Shown: piece after piece, positions 47,019 to 57,390 of the stretch
How positions within the stretch are numbered: the first letter of the stretch is position 1
Layout: each line of letters starts with the position of its first letter
From: Alphaproteobacteria bacterium
Lineage (GTDB): Bacteria > Pseudomonadota > Alphaproteobacteria > UBA828
NCBI GenBank assembly: GCA_963667785.2
Contig: CAXXMU010000002.1
Span: forward strand, 320,001-384,000
Reading direction: 5' to 3'
DNA length: 64,000 nt
Notes under the pieces: model-generated
The model's database searches: none
Told to the model about the DNA's origin: nothing
What the model saw: the letters and a program-made list of their open reading frames with translations, nothing else
Position numbers and translations under genes: made by a program

Positions 47019-48727
47019 TGGGCTGTCCGGCCGATGACCGTGCGATCGCCCCGCTGCGCGCGCCCGAGCACGTCATGCGGCTGGCGCGCATGGGCGCGTC
47101 GTTCCAGACACGCCTGAGCTTCATGCGCCAGTTGATCCGCCGCATGCGAAGGGAGCGGTGGCGGTTCGAGCGCCTCCGTTTCGACCTCGACGCACGGGGA
47201 TACGGCACCGCCGTTTACGCGGCCCACGGCCCGCAGCGGACCTACTCGCTCATCGCGTACACGCACGAGATCCGTCCGGAGCAGCGCACCGACCGCGTGA
47301 TCGCGGAGGCCTGGGATGCCACGTTCTCGTTCTTCGACGGCGTGCCGGACGATGCGGATATCGAACGGTTGCGCGCCAACACGCCGAGGCAGGAGGACGG
47401 CCGCTTCACCTCCCGCGAGCTCACGCTGGCCCGCGCCAACAAGAGCATGCGCCTGTTCGAGCATGTCGTCGAAAGCCTCGCCGCCGGCCGACAGCCCGAC
47501 GCCGCCCGGCTGGCCGAGGTCGGCTACCTGATGCGCACGACGGCCGTCTATGGGAGCGGCAAGTTCGGTTGCGCCGACCGCGCCAAGATTGCGGACCGGA
47601 CCGAGATGCGCGGACCCTTCCAGGCCGAAATGCTCACGGTCTATCTGATCCGTTGGCTGAGCATCGACCTGGTCAACCACGTGGCGCGCGGCCGGGGCGG
47701 CGCGCGGGCCGCTCCTCTGAATGCCGACTACGCGCGCTATCTGGGCATCGGCAACGCCACCGGGCTGGGAATGGCTCCCTTCCTCATCAAGCACCCGGTG
47801 CTCATCAACAATTGGGTCCTGGCGCGGGAGACCGCGCTCGCGCGGGTGCGAGCGCTGCCGTCCGCGACCGCCGGTCAGGTCGCCGCCTTCATGGCCCTGC
47901 TGGACCGCGCCCGCCGCTTCGTCGGCGAGTGGAACGTCGACGACGAAGCCCAGACGGCGCGCATTCGCACGCTGCGTGCCGAGCTCGGCGAGCTGGAGAG
48001 CTGGTGCGAGGCCGGGCTTCGTCGCCCCCATCCGTGGGACGCGATGTACCGCCACGCCGAGGAAGCCTTCTCCGCCGAGGGGCAGGAGTTCGCCGTCTCG
48101 CTGCTGCTCGAGCAGCAGGGCCCGGTCGTGGACGCGCTCGGCGACGAGATGAGCGCCCCGGAGCCGCACAGGCTCAGGGCCGAGATGTCGCTGGGCGAGC
48201 TGCTCGGCATCATCGATGCGCATTATGGCTGGGCGTTGGCGACCGACTACTCGCGGCCCGAAGCCGTGCAGCGCTTCTGGTATTACTCCGAGGAGAAGCT
48301 CGAGCCTCGGGTGGGCGACCGCCACACCGAGCCCGGCGCCGACCTCGAAATGCCGATCGCGATCGCCCGGGACGTGAGCCGGCTCAGGGACCGGCTTCTC
48401 GAATACGACACGGCGCTGACGGTCGCCGACTTTCTCGTCGCCGCGCCGGAGTACCGCAGCATCGTCTGGCGGGTGCAGATGGCCTCGGACTGTCCCTACG
48501 GCGAGATCCGCGACAATCTGCTCGGCGCCGGCCAGCGCCCGGTCGACATCCTGCGCTTCAAGCTCTCGTTTTTCGGCGTCGCCAAGTTCGATCCGAAGTC
48601 CGATCTGTGGACGCGGGTCAACATGTATCAGGGCGCGCCGCTGCCGCAGGAGATCGCCGATGCGCGCGAGACCGAATGGGTGTTTCCGACAAGGCCCGCG
48701 GCACTGTCGGCCGAGGCGATGCCATGA
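47018..48727 (+). CDS. Conserved hypothetical protein
   Basis: Long ORF with strong codon bias (RTDRVIAEAWD, YLMRTTAVYGSGKFG, GIGNATGLGMAPF); coupled to both neighbours. Confidence 0.75.
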   Translation: MGCPADDRAIAPLRAPEHVMRLARMGASFQTRLSFMRQLIRRMRRERWRFERLRFDLDARGYGTAVYAAHGPQRTYSLIAYTHEIRPEQRTDRVIAEAWDATFSFFDGVPDDADIERLRANTPRQEDGRFTSRELTLARANKSMRLFEHVVESLAAGRQPDAARLAEVGYLMRTTAVYGSGKFGCADRAKIADRTEMRGPFQAEMLTVYLIRWLSIDLVNHVARGRGGARAAPLNADYARYLGIGNATGLGMAPFLIKHPVLINNWVLARETALARVRALPSATAGQVAAFMALLDRARRFVGEWNVDDEAQTARIRTLRAELGELESWCEAGLRRPHPWDAMYRHAEEAFSAEGQEFAVSLLLEQQGPVVDALGDEMSAPEPHRLRAEMSLGELLGIIDAHYGWALATDYSRPEAVQRFWYYSEEKLEPRVGDRHTEPGADLEMPIAIARDVSRLRDRLLEYDTALTVADFLVAAPEYRSIVWRVQMASDCPYGEIRDNLLGAGQRPVDILRFKLSFFGVAKFDPKSDLWTRVNMYQGAPLPQEIADARETEWVFPTRPAALSAEAMP

Positions 48728-49467
48728 GCGAGACGCTGACGCCTTTGTCTCTGAACGAGATCTGCTTCTACTTCACGCGGGCGGCGGTGGGTGCCGGTGC
48801 GCCGTTCGGGATCGGCGAGGACTTTGCGGAGGCGTCGAAGTCTCTGGCCTATCTGGGCTTCGATCCGGCCCAGGCTGCCGTGCCGGCTTTGCGCGGACTT
48901 AGCTGCGGCCTGAGCGGCACGTCGCTCTCGCTGCGCACTGCGGGGGATGCCATTCATGTCGGGAGCAGTGACGCTCCCATCCTGTCCGCGCTCTACGCCG
49001 GGCCGGTGGCCGCCGACCGGCTGTCGATCGAGGCGGGGTGCGGCAGGGAGCGGCATCTCCGACTCGACGACACGGACCAGCCGCTGCTGATCGTGGGGGC
49101 GATTGCTGCAGCGGGCATCGATAAAGCCCGGATCGCCCTGTCGTGGCCGTTGCGGAACGGCAGACGCGCCGTGGTCGAGCTGAACGGCGGCATCGCGACA
49201 ATCGCCGGCCTGTATTCCCGAAGCGTCGCATCGCTTGAGCCTGCACCGGTCGACATCCTCCTCAACGGCACGCCTCTCGAGATGGAGCCCGCGCGCACGG
49301 CGACGAGGAGTCTCGCGGAGGGCAGGTCCAAGTCAGTCCGCCACGGTGTCGACGTGGACGAGGTGGCAAGGTCGACGGTGCTGGCGTTCTTCGAAAAGTG
49401 TCTCGTGCCTGCCACCGATCGGTCCCGCGATGCCGGGGCCGGGGCCGGTCTCACCGACAACGACTGA
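48724..49467 (+). CDS. DUF3726-like protein
   Basis: SLNEI...RAAVGAG..FGIGED N-terminus; SRDAGAGAGLTDND C-terminus. Confidence 0.65.
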   Translation: MSETLTPLSLNEICFYFTRAAVGAGAPFGIGEDFAEASKSLAYLGFDPAQAAVPALRGLSCGLSGTSLSLRTAGDAIHVGSSDAPILSALYAGPVAADRLSIEAGCGRERHLRLDDTDQPLLIVGAIAAAGIDKARIALSWPLRNGRRAVVELNGGIATIAGLYSRSVASLEPAPVDILLNGTPLEMEPARTATRSLAEGRSKSVRHGVDVDEVARSTVLAFFEKCLVPATDRSRDAGAGAGLTDND

Positions 49468-49715
49468 GGCACCGTCACCCGACCCCGTACGGGGCCAGTC
49501 GGTGCGACGCCATGCTGGGCCTCTGCGGCAATGCGCCTCGCCTCCGGAATAATTCACATGAATCGAGAGAAACATGAGAACACGGTCGTTTCGGCGTCGC
49601 CGAGCGTCGTGTATTCCGCGCGGCCGAGGTGTACGAAACAGCGAGCCCGTGGCGCGGCCGCCGGTCAGCCCCTAGACTCAGTGTCGGCTGCAATCCGGCC
49701 GAAGGAGCGCCGCCG

Positions 49716-50603
49716 ATGGCTCGTATCGACATTCAGTTCACCCTGTTCTCCGCCTTCTACTCGCCGCTGATCGCGACGATGGCAGGCGGGTTCCTGGCCG
49801 AGGAAGGTCTGGAGGCGGAGTGGTCGGTCGCACCGCCGGGAGGTTCCGCCATCGCGGCTCTGAAAGACGGCGCGGCCCATGTCGTGCAGTCGGCGCCGAG
49901 CCAGGCCTTCGGGCCGCTGTCGAAGGGCGAGGACCCCGGCGTCGTCCACTTCGCTCAGATCAACGAGATGGACGGCTTTTTCCTCACCGGGCGGGCGGGC
50001 GACCCGGATTTCGACTGGCACAAGCTGGACGGCGCCGAGGTCGTGCTGTTCGGCGGTGGCCAGCCGCTCGCCATGTTCAAGTATGCCTGCCACAAGGCGG
50101 GTATCGATTACGGCCGGCTGAAGGCGATCCACCCCGGCAATGCCCTGGAGATCGACCGCGCCTTTCGCGACGGTGTGGGCCAGTATGTCCAGCAACAGGG
50201 ACCGTTTCCCCAGCAGTTGGAAGCGGATGGCATCGGCCGCGTCGTGGCGCAGGTCGGCCGGCAGGTCGGCCGCTGCGGCTTCTCCAGCTTGTGCGCTCGT
50301 CCGGATTGGCCAGAAACGCCCATGGCGCGGGCCTTCACACGCGCGTATCGCAAGGCGCGGCTCTGGCTCAACGAAACGCCGGCCGCCGAGGTCGCTCGTG
50401 CCGAGCAACCCTACTTTCCGGAGATCGGGCTGCCGGCGCTCGAACGCTGCATCGCTGCCTACCAGCAACTCGGCTGCTGGGCGCCGCATATCGAGATCAC
50501 CCGCGCAGCCTACGAGGCGACGCTCGATATCTTTGCTTACAACGGCCTGATCTCCGAGCGCTTCGCCTACGAGCGGGTCTGTGCAGCGCCGCCGGAGGAC
50601 TAG
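49716..50603 (+). CDS. NMT1/THI5-like ABC substrate-binding protein
   Basis: FSAFYSPLIA...GFLAEEGL, FAQINEMDGFFL; no permease nearby. Confidence 0.75.
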   Translation: MARIDIQFTLFSAFYSPLIATMAGGFLAEEGLEAEWSVAPPGGSAIAALKDGAAHVVQSAPSQAFGPLSKGEDPGVVHFAQINEMDGFFLTGRAGDPDFDWHKLDGAEVVLFGGGQPLAMFKYACHKAGIDYGRLKAIHPGNALEIDRAFRDGVGQYVQQQGPFPQQLEADGIGRVVAQVGRQVGRCGFSSLCARPDWPETPMARAFTRAYRKARLWLNETPAAEVARAEQPYFPEIGLPALERCIAAYQQLGCWAPHIEITRAAYEATLDIFAYNGLISERFAYERVCAAPPED

Positions 50604-50695
50604 CCCAAGTTCCTCGCCACGGTCACGTCGGAGACCGCCCTGATGACCGAGAAGGGGTGGGAACCGCTGAACCATAGGCGGCACGAGAGAGTCCA

Positions 50696-50896
50696 GTGAG
50701 ATTGGTCGCCTGGAACTGCAACATGGCCTTGCATCGCAAGCTCGACGCGCTGCGGCGGCTGCGACCCGACGTGGCGGTGGTGAGCGAGTGTGCAGAACCC
50801 CAGGTAGTGGCCGAGCGGGCTGGCCTCGCTTCATCTCCGGCGCCTGCGGCGGATCTGGCCGACGGTGATAGTAGGGCGAAGCTCGTTTCCGGATAG
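50696..50896 (+). pseudogene. N-terminal fragment of an endonuclease/exonuclease/phosphatase family gene
   Basis: MRLVAWNCN...PDVAVVSEC is the first two EEP motifs; stop at 66 aa. Confidence 0.55.
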
Positions 50897-50934
50897 CTCA
50901 CTCGCATGCGACGGTTTGGTGACGGGAGGCAGCC

Positions 50935-52068
50935 GTGGATAACCTGGAAAGACTCGATTCTCTTCTTCGAGAGATCGACGCGTTGAGCCGGCATTCCGTC
51001 GGCTACCCTTGCAATCACGACTTCGACTACACGGCGCTGCTGCCCTTCATGCGCTACGTCATCAACAACGTGGGCGACCCTTTCCACGACAGCAACTTCC
51101 AAAGCAACACCCACGAGATCGAGCGCGAGGTCATCGGCATCTTCGCCGATCTGATGCACATCTCGCGCGAAGGCGTGTGGGGCTACGTCACGTCCGGCGG
51201 CACCGAGGGCAACATGTACGGCCTCTACCTCGCGCGGGAGCTCTATCCGGACGGCGTGGTCTATTTCTCGCAGGATACCCACTACAGCGTCGTCAAGATC
51301 ATGAGCGTGCTCAAGGTGCGCAACATCATGATCAGGAGCCAGGACAGCGGGGAGATCGACTACGACGACCTCCGCGAGACGATCCGCATCAACCGGGACG
51401 TGCCCGCAATCGTGCTGGCGAACATCGGCACGACGATGAAGGGCGCGATCGACGACGTGAGCAGGATCCGCGGCATCCTGGACGACCTCACGGTGACCCG
51501 GTCATACCTGCACGCGGACGCCGCCCTGAGCGGCATGATCCTGCCGTTCGTGGATGACCCGCAGCCCTACGGGTTCGATGCCGGGTTCGACAGCGTGTCG
51601 ATCAGCGGGCACAAGATGGTCGGCTCGCCGCTGCCCTGCGGCGTCGCGCTGACCCGGCGCGAGTACGTCTCGCGTATCGCGCGCGCCGTCGAATACGTGG
51701 GCGTGCTGGACACCACGCTCACGGGCTCACGCAACGCCATCACGCCGCTGATGATGTGGTACGCGTTCGAGCGGAAGGGGCTGGAGGGCTTCAGGCGCAT
51801 CGTGAACCGATGCCTCGATACGGCGGAATACGCGGTCGGGCGCTTCAACGACGGCGGCATCCCGGCGTGGCGCAACAGGAACTCCGTCACCGTCGTGTTT
51901 CCCAGGCCGCCGGCAGACGTCGTGCGCAAGTGGCAGCTCGCGCCGTACGAGGACATCGCGCACCTCATCGCCATGCCGCACATAACGCGCGCGACCATCG
52001 ACGCCGTGGTGGACGACTGCATGCGCGGAGCGACGGCACCGAGAGACGAAACGGAGACAACCGCATGA
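50935..52068 (+). CDS. hdc: PLP-dependent histidine decarboxylase
   Basis: GYP, INNVGDP, WGYVTSGGTEGN, THYS, HADAALSG, SISGHKMVGSPLPCG, GSRN; a related serine decarboxylase is not excluded. Confidence 0.82.
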   Translation: MDNLERLDSLLREIDALSRHSVGYPCNHDFDYTALLPFMRYVINNVGDPFHDSNFQSNTHEIEREVIGIFADLMHISREGVWGYVTSGGTEGNMYGLYLARELYPDGVVYFSQDTHYSVVKIMSVLKVRNIMIRSQDSGEIDYDDLRETIRINRDVPAIVLANIGTTMKGAIDDVSRIRGILDDLTVTRSYLHADAALSGMILPFVDDPQPYGFDAGFDSVSISGHKMVGSPLPCGVALTRREYVSRIARAVEYVGVLDTTLTGSRNAITPLMMWYAFERKGLEGFRRIVNRCLDTAEYAVGRFNDGGIPAWRNRNSVTVVFPRPPADVVRKWQLAPYEDIAHLIAMPHITRATIDAVVDDCMRGATAPRDETETTA

Positions 52069-52457
52069 CCAGGATCGTCGTCATCGCCAACAACGAGGCG
52101 GGCGTCATCGCCGACATCGCCGGAGCCTTGGCCGAGCGCAACATCAATATCGAAACCATCAGCGCTGAGGCGCTGGGGGAGAAGGGCGCGATAACGCTCA
52201 CCGCGGACGACCACGACGGCGCCCTGCGTGCGCTGACGGACGCAGGCTTCAAGACGGTATCCGACGAATCGCTGGTCCTCAGGCTGCGGGACGAGCCGGG
52301 TGCGCTGGCCAGGCTGGCGGAAAAGTTCAGGCAGGCCGGCGTGAACATCCGGAGCCTGCATATACTGGACCGCCGAAACGGCTACGCCACGGTCGCCATA
52401 TCCGCAGATGATCGCGCCAGGGCGGAGTCGCTGGTGGAGCCGGATGCAGCGGTGTAG
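52065..52457 (+). CDS. Tandem ACT-domain protein
   Basis: NEAGVIADIAGALAERNINI and DEPGALARLAEKFRQAGVNI; ATGA overlap with hdc. Confidence 0.82.
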   Translation: MTRIVVIANNEAGVIADIAGALAERNINIETISAEALGEKGAITLTADDHDGALRALTDAGFKTVSDESLVLRLRDEPGALARLAEKFRQAGVNIRSLHILDRRNGYATVAISADDRARAESLVEPDAAV

Positions 52458-52512
52458 GGGAAGAGACGAGGCGCGAGTCGTGTTGCGGTGAAGGCGCCTT
52501 GATCGGCGCCCG

Positions 52513-52943
52513 CTACTCCCGGCTCTCCCTGACCCAGCCGTTCTCGAACACCGGGCCGTCGCAGCCGCAGAAGCGGGCGATGCGGGCGAGCTCGCGCCCG
52601 ATGCGCTCCAGCCGCCCCTTGCCGAGGCGCACGCCCCGCTCGGGCCAGAGCGCCCGCACGCTGAGGCGGCCCTCCCGGCGGCGCATGTCGATGCGCCCGA
52701 CAAGCCGGTCGCCCTCCAGAAGCGGGAAGGCGTAGTAGCCGTATTCGCGCTTCTCCTCCGGCACGTAGATCTCGATGCGATAGCGGAAGCCGAACAGCCT
52801 TCGGCGCGCCTGCGGTCGCGCAGCGGCGGGTCGAAGGGGCTGAGCACGCGCACCCCGGCGGGCGGCTCCGGCGCCCGCTCGGCCCGCTCGCACAGGTCGG
52901 GGTGCGCGAGCAGTCGGCGGACCTCGCCGAGCTCGCGCGCCAT
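52513..52943 (-). pseudogene. C-terminal remnant of a YcaQ/AlkZ-like winged-helix DNA glycosylase, frameshifted near 52800
   Basis: LSPFDP.LRDR.R then, in a shifted frame, [34 protein letters not shown]; N-terminal part absent. Confidence 0.72.
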
Positions 52944-52957
52944 GACGGGCCCTGGGT

Positions 52958-53419
52958 TCAGAGGGGCAGCTCGGTCGTCGATTTGATCTCTTCCATAGAA
53001 AGCAGAGAGGTGATGTTGAAGATCTTCACCTGCGAAATGAGCGCCTGGTAGAAGTCGTCATAGGCCCTGGCGTTCCGGACACGGACTTTCAGGACGTAAT
53101 CGACGTCGCCGGCCAGACGGTGGGCCTCCATCACTTCCGGGCGCCCCTTCAGAGTCTCCAGAAACCGGTCCTGCCATTCCTTCTGGTGCTCGGAGGTCCG
53201 GATGAGCACGAAGAAGCACGCCTCCAATCCCAGCTTGTCAGGGTCCAGGAGAACCGTGTTCTGTCGAATGATCCCCGCGGCCCGGAGCTTTCGTATTCTG
53301 TGCCACACGGGCGTGCGCGAGGCGCCGGCAATCTCCGCGATGTCATCGAGGGAGCGTGAGGCGTCCTCCTGCATCGCCGCAAGAATTTTCCGATCGACGC
53401 CATCGAGCTGGACAGCCAT
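52958..53419 (-). CDS. Lrp/AsnC-family transcriptional regulator
   Basis: LDGVDRKIL...[15 protein letters not shown]; [11 protein letters not shown]; divergent from cysG. Confidence 0.92.
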   Translation of the reverse strand: MAVQLDGVDRKILAAMQEDASRSLDDIAEIAGASRTPVWHRIRKLRAAGIIRQNTVLLDPDKLGLEACFFVLIRTSEHQKEWQDRFLETLKGRPEVMEAHRLAGDVDYVLKVRVRNARAYDDFYQALISQVKIFNITSLLSMEEIKSTTELPL

Positions 53420-53565
53420 TTCGACCTCCGCTGCAGACAGAAAATTATTTCTAATAGTGTTGAGACATCACATGATTTGTCCTTATTTTTCCACCATACT
53501 ATCACGAACTTAGAAATTATGTACTATTTGTCGCCACCAAGCGTAATCGGCGACAGGCGGTCTCC
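53420..53565. promoter_or_regulatory. AT-rich divergent promoter region between the Lrp regulator and the cys operon
   Basis: Markedly AT-rich intergenic stretch between divergent genes. Confidence 0.5.
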
Positions 53566-54969
53566 GTGCAGCATTTCCCGATCTTTCTCCGTCTCGCGGG
53601 CCGGCAGGTCGTGGTCTCCGGCGCCGGGCAGGCTGCGGTGGCCAAGCTGCGCCTGCTGCTCAAGACCGACGCCGAGATCACCGTATTCGGCCCCGACCCG
53701 GAACCGGACATCCTGTCTTGGCACCGCGAAGGTGCGTTGCGCCACGACGAGCGCCGCGTGGACGCCGGCGACCTCGACTGCGCGGTGCTCCTCTATTGCG
53801 CGAGCGACGATCCCGCCGACGATGCGCGCGCCGCCGCGCTGGCCCGCCGGCGACGAATCCCCGTCAACGTCGTCGACGATCTCGAAGGCAGCGACTTCAT
53901 CACGCCCGCCATCGTCGACCGCGACCCGGTCACGGTGGCGATCGGGACCGAGGGGACGGCCCCGGTGCTGGCGCGGAACCTCAAGGCGACACTCGAGGCC
54001 CAGCTGCCGGCGTCTCTGGGGCCGCTCGCTCGCATCGGCCAAGCGTTCCGGAGCAGGTGTGAGAGCGTACCCGCGGGCCGCACGCGACGGGCGCTCTGGT
54101 CCGAGTACTTCTTCCGGCGTGGCCCGCGCGGCTATGCCAGGGAGGGCGAGAAGGGCGCACGCGAAGCGCTCCGCTCGCTGCTTGACGAAGCCGCGAGTGC
54201 AACCCGCCCTCCGGGCCTGGTCTCCTTCGTGGGCGCGGGGCCGGGCGACCCGGAGCTGCTCACACTGAAGGCCCGCAACCTGCTGCACGAGGCGGACATC
54301 GTGGTGCACGACCGGCTGGTCTCCTCGCAGGTGCTCGAGCTTGCGCGGCGTGACGCGGAGCGGGTCTCAGCCGGCAAGTCGGGATACGGCCCGTCGTGGC
54401 CGCAGGCGCGAATCGACGCGCTGTTGGTCCAGCATGCCCGGGCGGGCAAGCATGTGGTCCGCCTCAAGTCCGGCGACCCGGCGGTGTTCGGCAGGCTGGA
54501 CGAAGAGATCGAGACGCTGGAGGCGGCTGGCATCCCGTGGGAGGTCGTTCCGGGAATCACGGCGGCCGCCGGCGCGGCGGCGGACATGGGGGTCTCTCTC
54601 GCGCGCCGCGGGCGCAACTCGGAGCTTCGTATCCTCACTGGCCGCGACGTTGAAGGCTTCGCCGAGCACGACTGGGCCGTCCTTGCCCGCCCTGGATCAG
54701 TCGCCGCGATCTACATGGGAAAGCGGGCGGCCGCTTTCCTGCGCGGGCGCCTGCTGATGCGCGGGGCCGCGCCATCGACGCCGTTGACGATCGTCGAGAA
54801 CGCTTCGCGCCGGGACAAGCGGATCGTCGCGACGACATTGCTCGGGCTGCCCGACGCGCTGGACGAAGCGCACCTTGCGGGACCGGTGGTGCTGATGCTC
54901 GGCATCCTGCCCCGCGATGCCATGAGCAAGGCGGAAACGGACTGCGCGGCCCAGCAGGAGGCGGTCTGA
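53566..54969 (+). CDS. cysG: Siroheme synthase
   Basis: MQHFPIFL, DFITPAIVDR, VGAGPGDPELLT, RLKSGDP, VPGITAA. Confidence 0.94.
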   Translation: MQHFPIFLRLAGRQVVVSGAGQAAVAKLRLLLKTDAEITVFGPDPEPDILSWHREGALRHDERRVDAGDLDCAVLLYCASDDPADDARAAALARRRRIPVNVVDDLEGSDFITPAIVDRDPVTVAIGTEGTAPVLARNLKATLEAQLPASLGPLARIGQAFRSRCESVPAGRTRRALWSEYFFRRGPRGYAREGEKGAREALRSLLDEAASATRPPGLVSFVGAGPGDPELLTLKARNLLHEADIVVHDRLVSSQVLELARRDAERVSAGKSGYGPSWPQARIDALLVQHARAGKHVVRLKSGDPAVFGRLDEEIETLEAAGIPWEVVPGITAAAGAAADMGVSLARRGRNSELRILTGRDVEGFAEHDWAVLARPGSVAAIYMGKRAAAFLRGRLLMRGAAPSTPLTIVENASRRDKRIVATTLLGLPDALDEAHLAGPVVLMLGILPRDAMSKAETDCAAQQEAV

Positions 54970-55271
54970 TGGCCCGCGCCTTCAGGCCCTGCGTTCTGAC
55001 CGCGAACGACCTCTTCGACGGCGACGTGGTCTACCTCGCGCCGGACGGCGCCTGGACGCGCCGCCCGGGCGGCGCGCGCCTCTTCGAGGACGAGGCGGAG
55101 GCCAATCGCAGCCTTGCGGCGGCCGAAGCGCAGGAGGACGTCATCGTCGGCCCCTATCTGGCGGCCGCTGCGCCCGGAGGGCGTCAGGGCCCCAAACCGG
55201 TCCACGTGCGGGAGGTGCTGCGCGCGGCCGGGCCCTCCAACTACTGCCACGGCAAGCAGGCGGGGAGCTGA
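54969..55271 (+). CDS. DUF2849 protein
   Basis: LTANDLFDGDVVYL, VGPY, REVLRAAGPS; usual cysG-cysI context. Confidence 0.82.
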   Translation: MARAFRPCVLTANDLFDGDVVYLAPDGAWTRRPGGARLFEDEAEANRSLAAAEAQEDVIVGPYLAAAAPGGRQGPKPVHVREVLRAAGPSNYCHGKQAGS

Positions 55272-55274
55272 CCC

Positions 55275-56945
55275 GTGTACCGATACGACAGCTTCGACCG
55301 GGAATTCGTTCGCAATCGGGTCGCGCAGTTTCGCCAGCAGGTGGAGCGGCGGATCGACGGATCGCTCACCGAGGAAGAGTTCAAGCCGCTGCGGCTGATG
55401 AACGGGCTCTACCTGCAGCTGCACGCCTACATGCTGCGCGTGGCGATTCCCTACGGAACGCTCGACAGCCGCCAGATGCGGCAGCTGGCCCGAATCGCTG
55501 AGCGCTGGGACAAGGGCTACGGGCACTTCACCACCCGACAGAACGTCCAGTTCAACTGGCCTAGGTTGAAGGACGTGCCGGACATCCTCGATGCTCTCGC
55601 GGACGTGGAGATGCATGCGATCCAGACATCCGGGAACTGCGTCCGCAACGTCACCGCCGACCATTTCGCCGGCGCGGCCGCCGACGAGATCGCCGATCCC
55701 CGCCCGACCGCCGAGCTGCTCCGGCAATGGTCGACGGATCACCCGGAATTCGCGTTCCTGCCCAGAAAATTCAAGATCGCGGTGAGCGGCTCCCCGGTCG
55801 ACCGCGCCGTGACACGCGCGCACGACATCGGCATCCGTATCGTCCGCAACGGCGCGGGTGAGATCGGCTACGAGGTCTCGGTCGGCGGCGGGCTCGGGCG
55901 CACCCCGGTGATCGGAACGGTCATCCGCGACTTCCTGCCCGAGGGAGATCTGCTCCCCTACGTCGAGTCCATCCTGCAGGTCTACAACGCCATCGGGCGC
56001 CGCGATAACAAGTTCAAGGCGCGCATCAAGATCACGGTGGGCGAGCACGGGATCGAGGCATTCCGGCAGCGCGTCGAGAAACGCTTCCGGATTCAGCGGA
56101 GGGCATTCGAGGGTGCGGACCGGGCGCTCTTCGAGGACATCCGCACGATGTTCGCAGCGCCGGCATACATCGAGGCGCCGACCGGAGCGTTCGACGCGGC
56201 GCTCGCGCGCGATCCGGCGTTCCGGTCATTCGTCGACATCAATCTGCATCCGCACCGGAATCCGGACTACGTAATCGTCACCGTCTCGCTCAAGGCCCAC
56301 GGAGCGACGCCGGGCGATGCCACCGCGGAGCAGATGCGCGTCATCGCCGACCTGGCGGAGCGCTACGGCCATGACGAGATCCGGATCAGCCACGAGCAGA
56401 ACTGCATCCTGCCCCACGTGCACAGGTGCCACGTGCCGGCGGTGCATGCGGCGTTGCGAAAGGCGGGGCTCGCCACCGCCAACGTCGGGCTGGCATCGGA
56501 CATCATCGCCTGCCCGGGGATGGATTACTGCAATCTGGCCACCGCCCGCTCCATCCCCATCGCCCAGGGAATCGCCACCCGTGTGAAGGAGCGCGGGGAC
56601 GAGCGCCTTGTCGGCGATCTCAAGATCAAGATTTCCGGCTGCGTCAATGCCTGCGGCCACCACCATGTCGGCCATATCGGCATTCTCGGCCTCGATCGCG
56701 CCGGCGCCGAGAACTACCAGATCACGCTCGGCGGTGACGGAACCGAGACCGCTGCCCTCGGCGAACGCACCGGCCCGGGCTTTGCCTCAGATGACGTCGT
56801 CCCTGCCGTTGACCGGCTGATCGACACCTACCTCGAGCTCAGGTCAGACGAAGACGAAGCCTTTCTCGCGACCTACCGGCGCGTCGGCATGCAGCCGTTC
56901 AAGGCGGCGCTCTATCCCGACGCCGCACTGGCCACAGGAGGCTAG
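55275..56945 (+). CDS. cysI: Sulfite/nitrite reductase hemoprotein
   Basis: RLMNGLYLQLH, HFTTRQNVQ, FLPRKFK, ACPGMDYCNLA, SGCVNACGHHH. Confidence 0.92.
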   Translation: MYRYDSFDREFVRNRVAQFRQQVERRIDGSLTEEEFKPLRLMNGLYLQLHAYMLRVAIPYGTLDSRQMRQLARIAERWDKGYGHFTTRQNVQFNWPRLKDVPDILDALADVEMHAIQTSGNCVRNVTADHFAGAAADEIADPRPTAELLRQWSTDHPEFAFLPRKFKIAVSGSPVDRAVTRAHDIGIRIVRNGAGEIGYEVSVGGGLGRTPVIGTVIRDFLPEGDLLPYVESILQVYNAIGRRDNKFKARIKITVGEHGIEAFRQRVEKRFRIQRRAFEGADRALFEDIRTMFAAPAYIEAPTGAFDAALARDPAFRSFVDINLHPHRNPDYVIVTVSLKAHGATPGDATAEQMRVIADLAERYGHDEIRISHEQNCILPHVHRCHVPAVHAALRKAGLATANVGLASDIIACPGMDYCNLATARSIPIAQGIATRVKERGDERLVGDLKIKISGCVNACGHHHVGHIGILGLDRAGAENYQITLGGDGTETAALGERTGPGFASDDVVPAVDRLIDTYLELRSDEDEAFLATYRRVGMQPFKAALYPDAALATGG

Positions 56946-56946
56946 C

Positions 56947-57390
56947 GTGGAACGCGGGAGCCCCAGGATTCTCGTCCGCGACTCCGGGTTCCAGGACGAC
57001 GACTGGCGCGGCGAATTCATCCAGTGGAGCGGAGAGGGCGACCGTTCCGCTCTGCCTCACGGTGTCGCGTTGGATGTCGAGAACACCGTGCCGGCTGAGG
57101 ACATCGTGCCCCTCTTCGGGCGCATCGCTCTGATCCGCATCGCCTTTCCCTCGCATATGGACGGCCGGGGGTTCTCGCTGGCCCGTTATCTGCGCCTGCT
57201 CGGCTACCGCGGTCGGCTTCGTGCATCCGGCCGCTTCCTCGCTGATCAATACGCCATGGCCCGGCGAAGCGGCTTCGACGAGGTCGAAATCGACTCGACG
57301 CTCGCCGAGCGGCAGCCGGAAGAGCAGTGGCTGTTTCGCGCGAATTGGCGGACACACGACTATCGGGAGCGGCTGGGCCGGCGCCTGTAA
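56947..57390 (+). CDS. DUF934 protein
   Basis: FPSHMDGRGFSLAR.LR..GYRGRLRA...DQY...RSGFD. Confidence 0.85.
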   Translation: MERGSPRILVRDSGFQDDDWRGEFIQWSGEGDRSALPHGVALDVENTVPAEDIVPLFGRIALIRIAFPSHMDGRGFSLARYLRLLGYRGRLRASGRFLADQYAMARRSGFDEVEIDSTLAERQPEEQWLFRANWRTHDYRERLGRRL

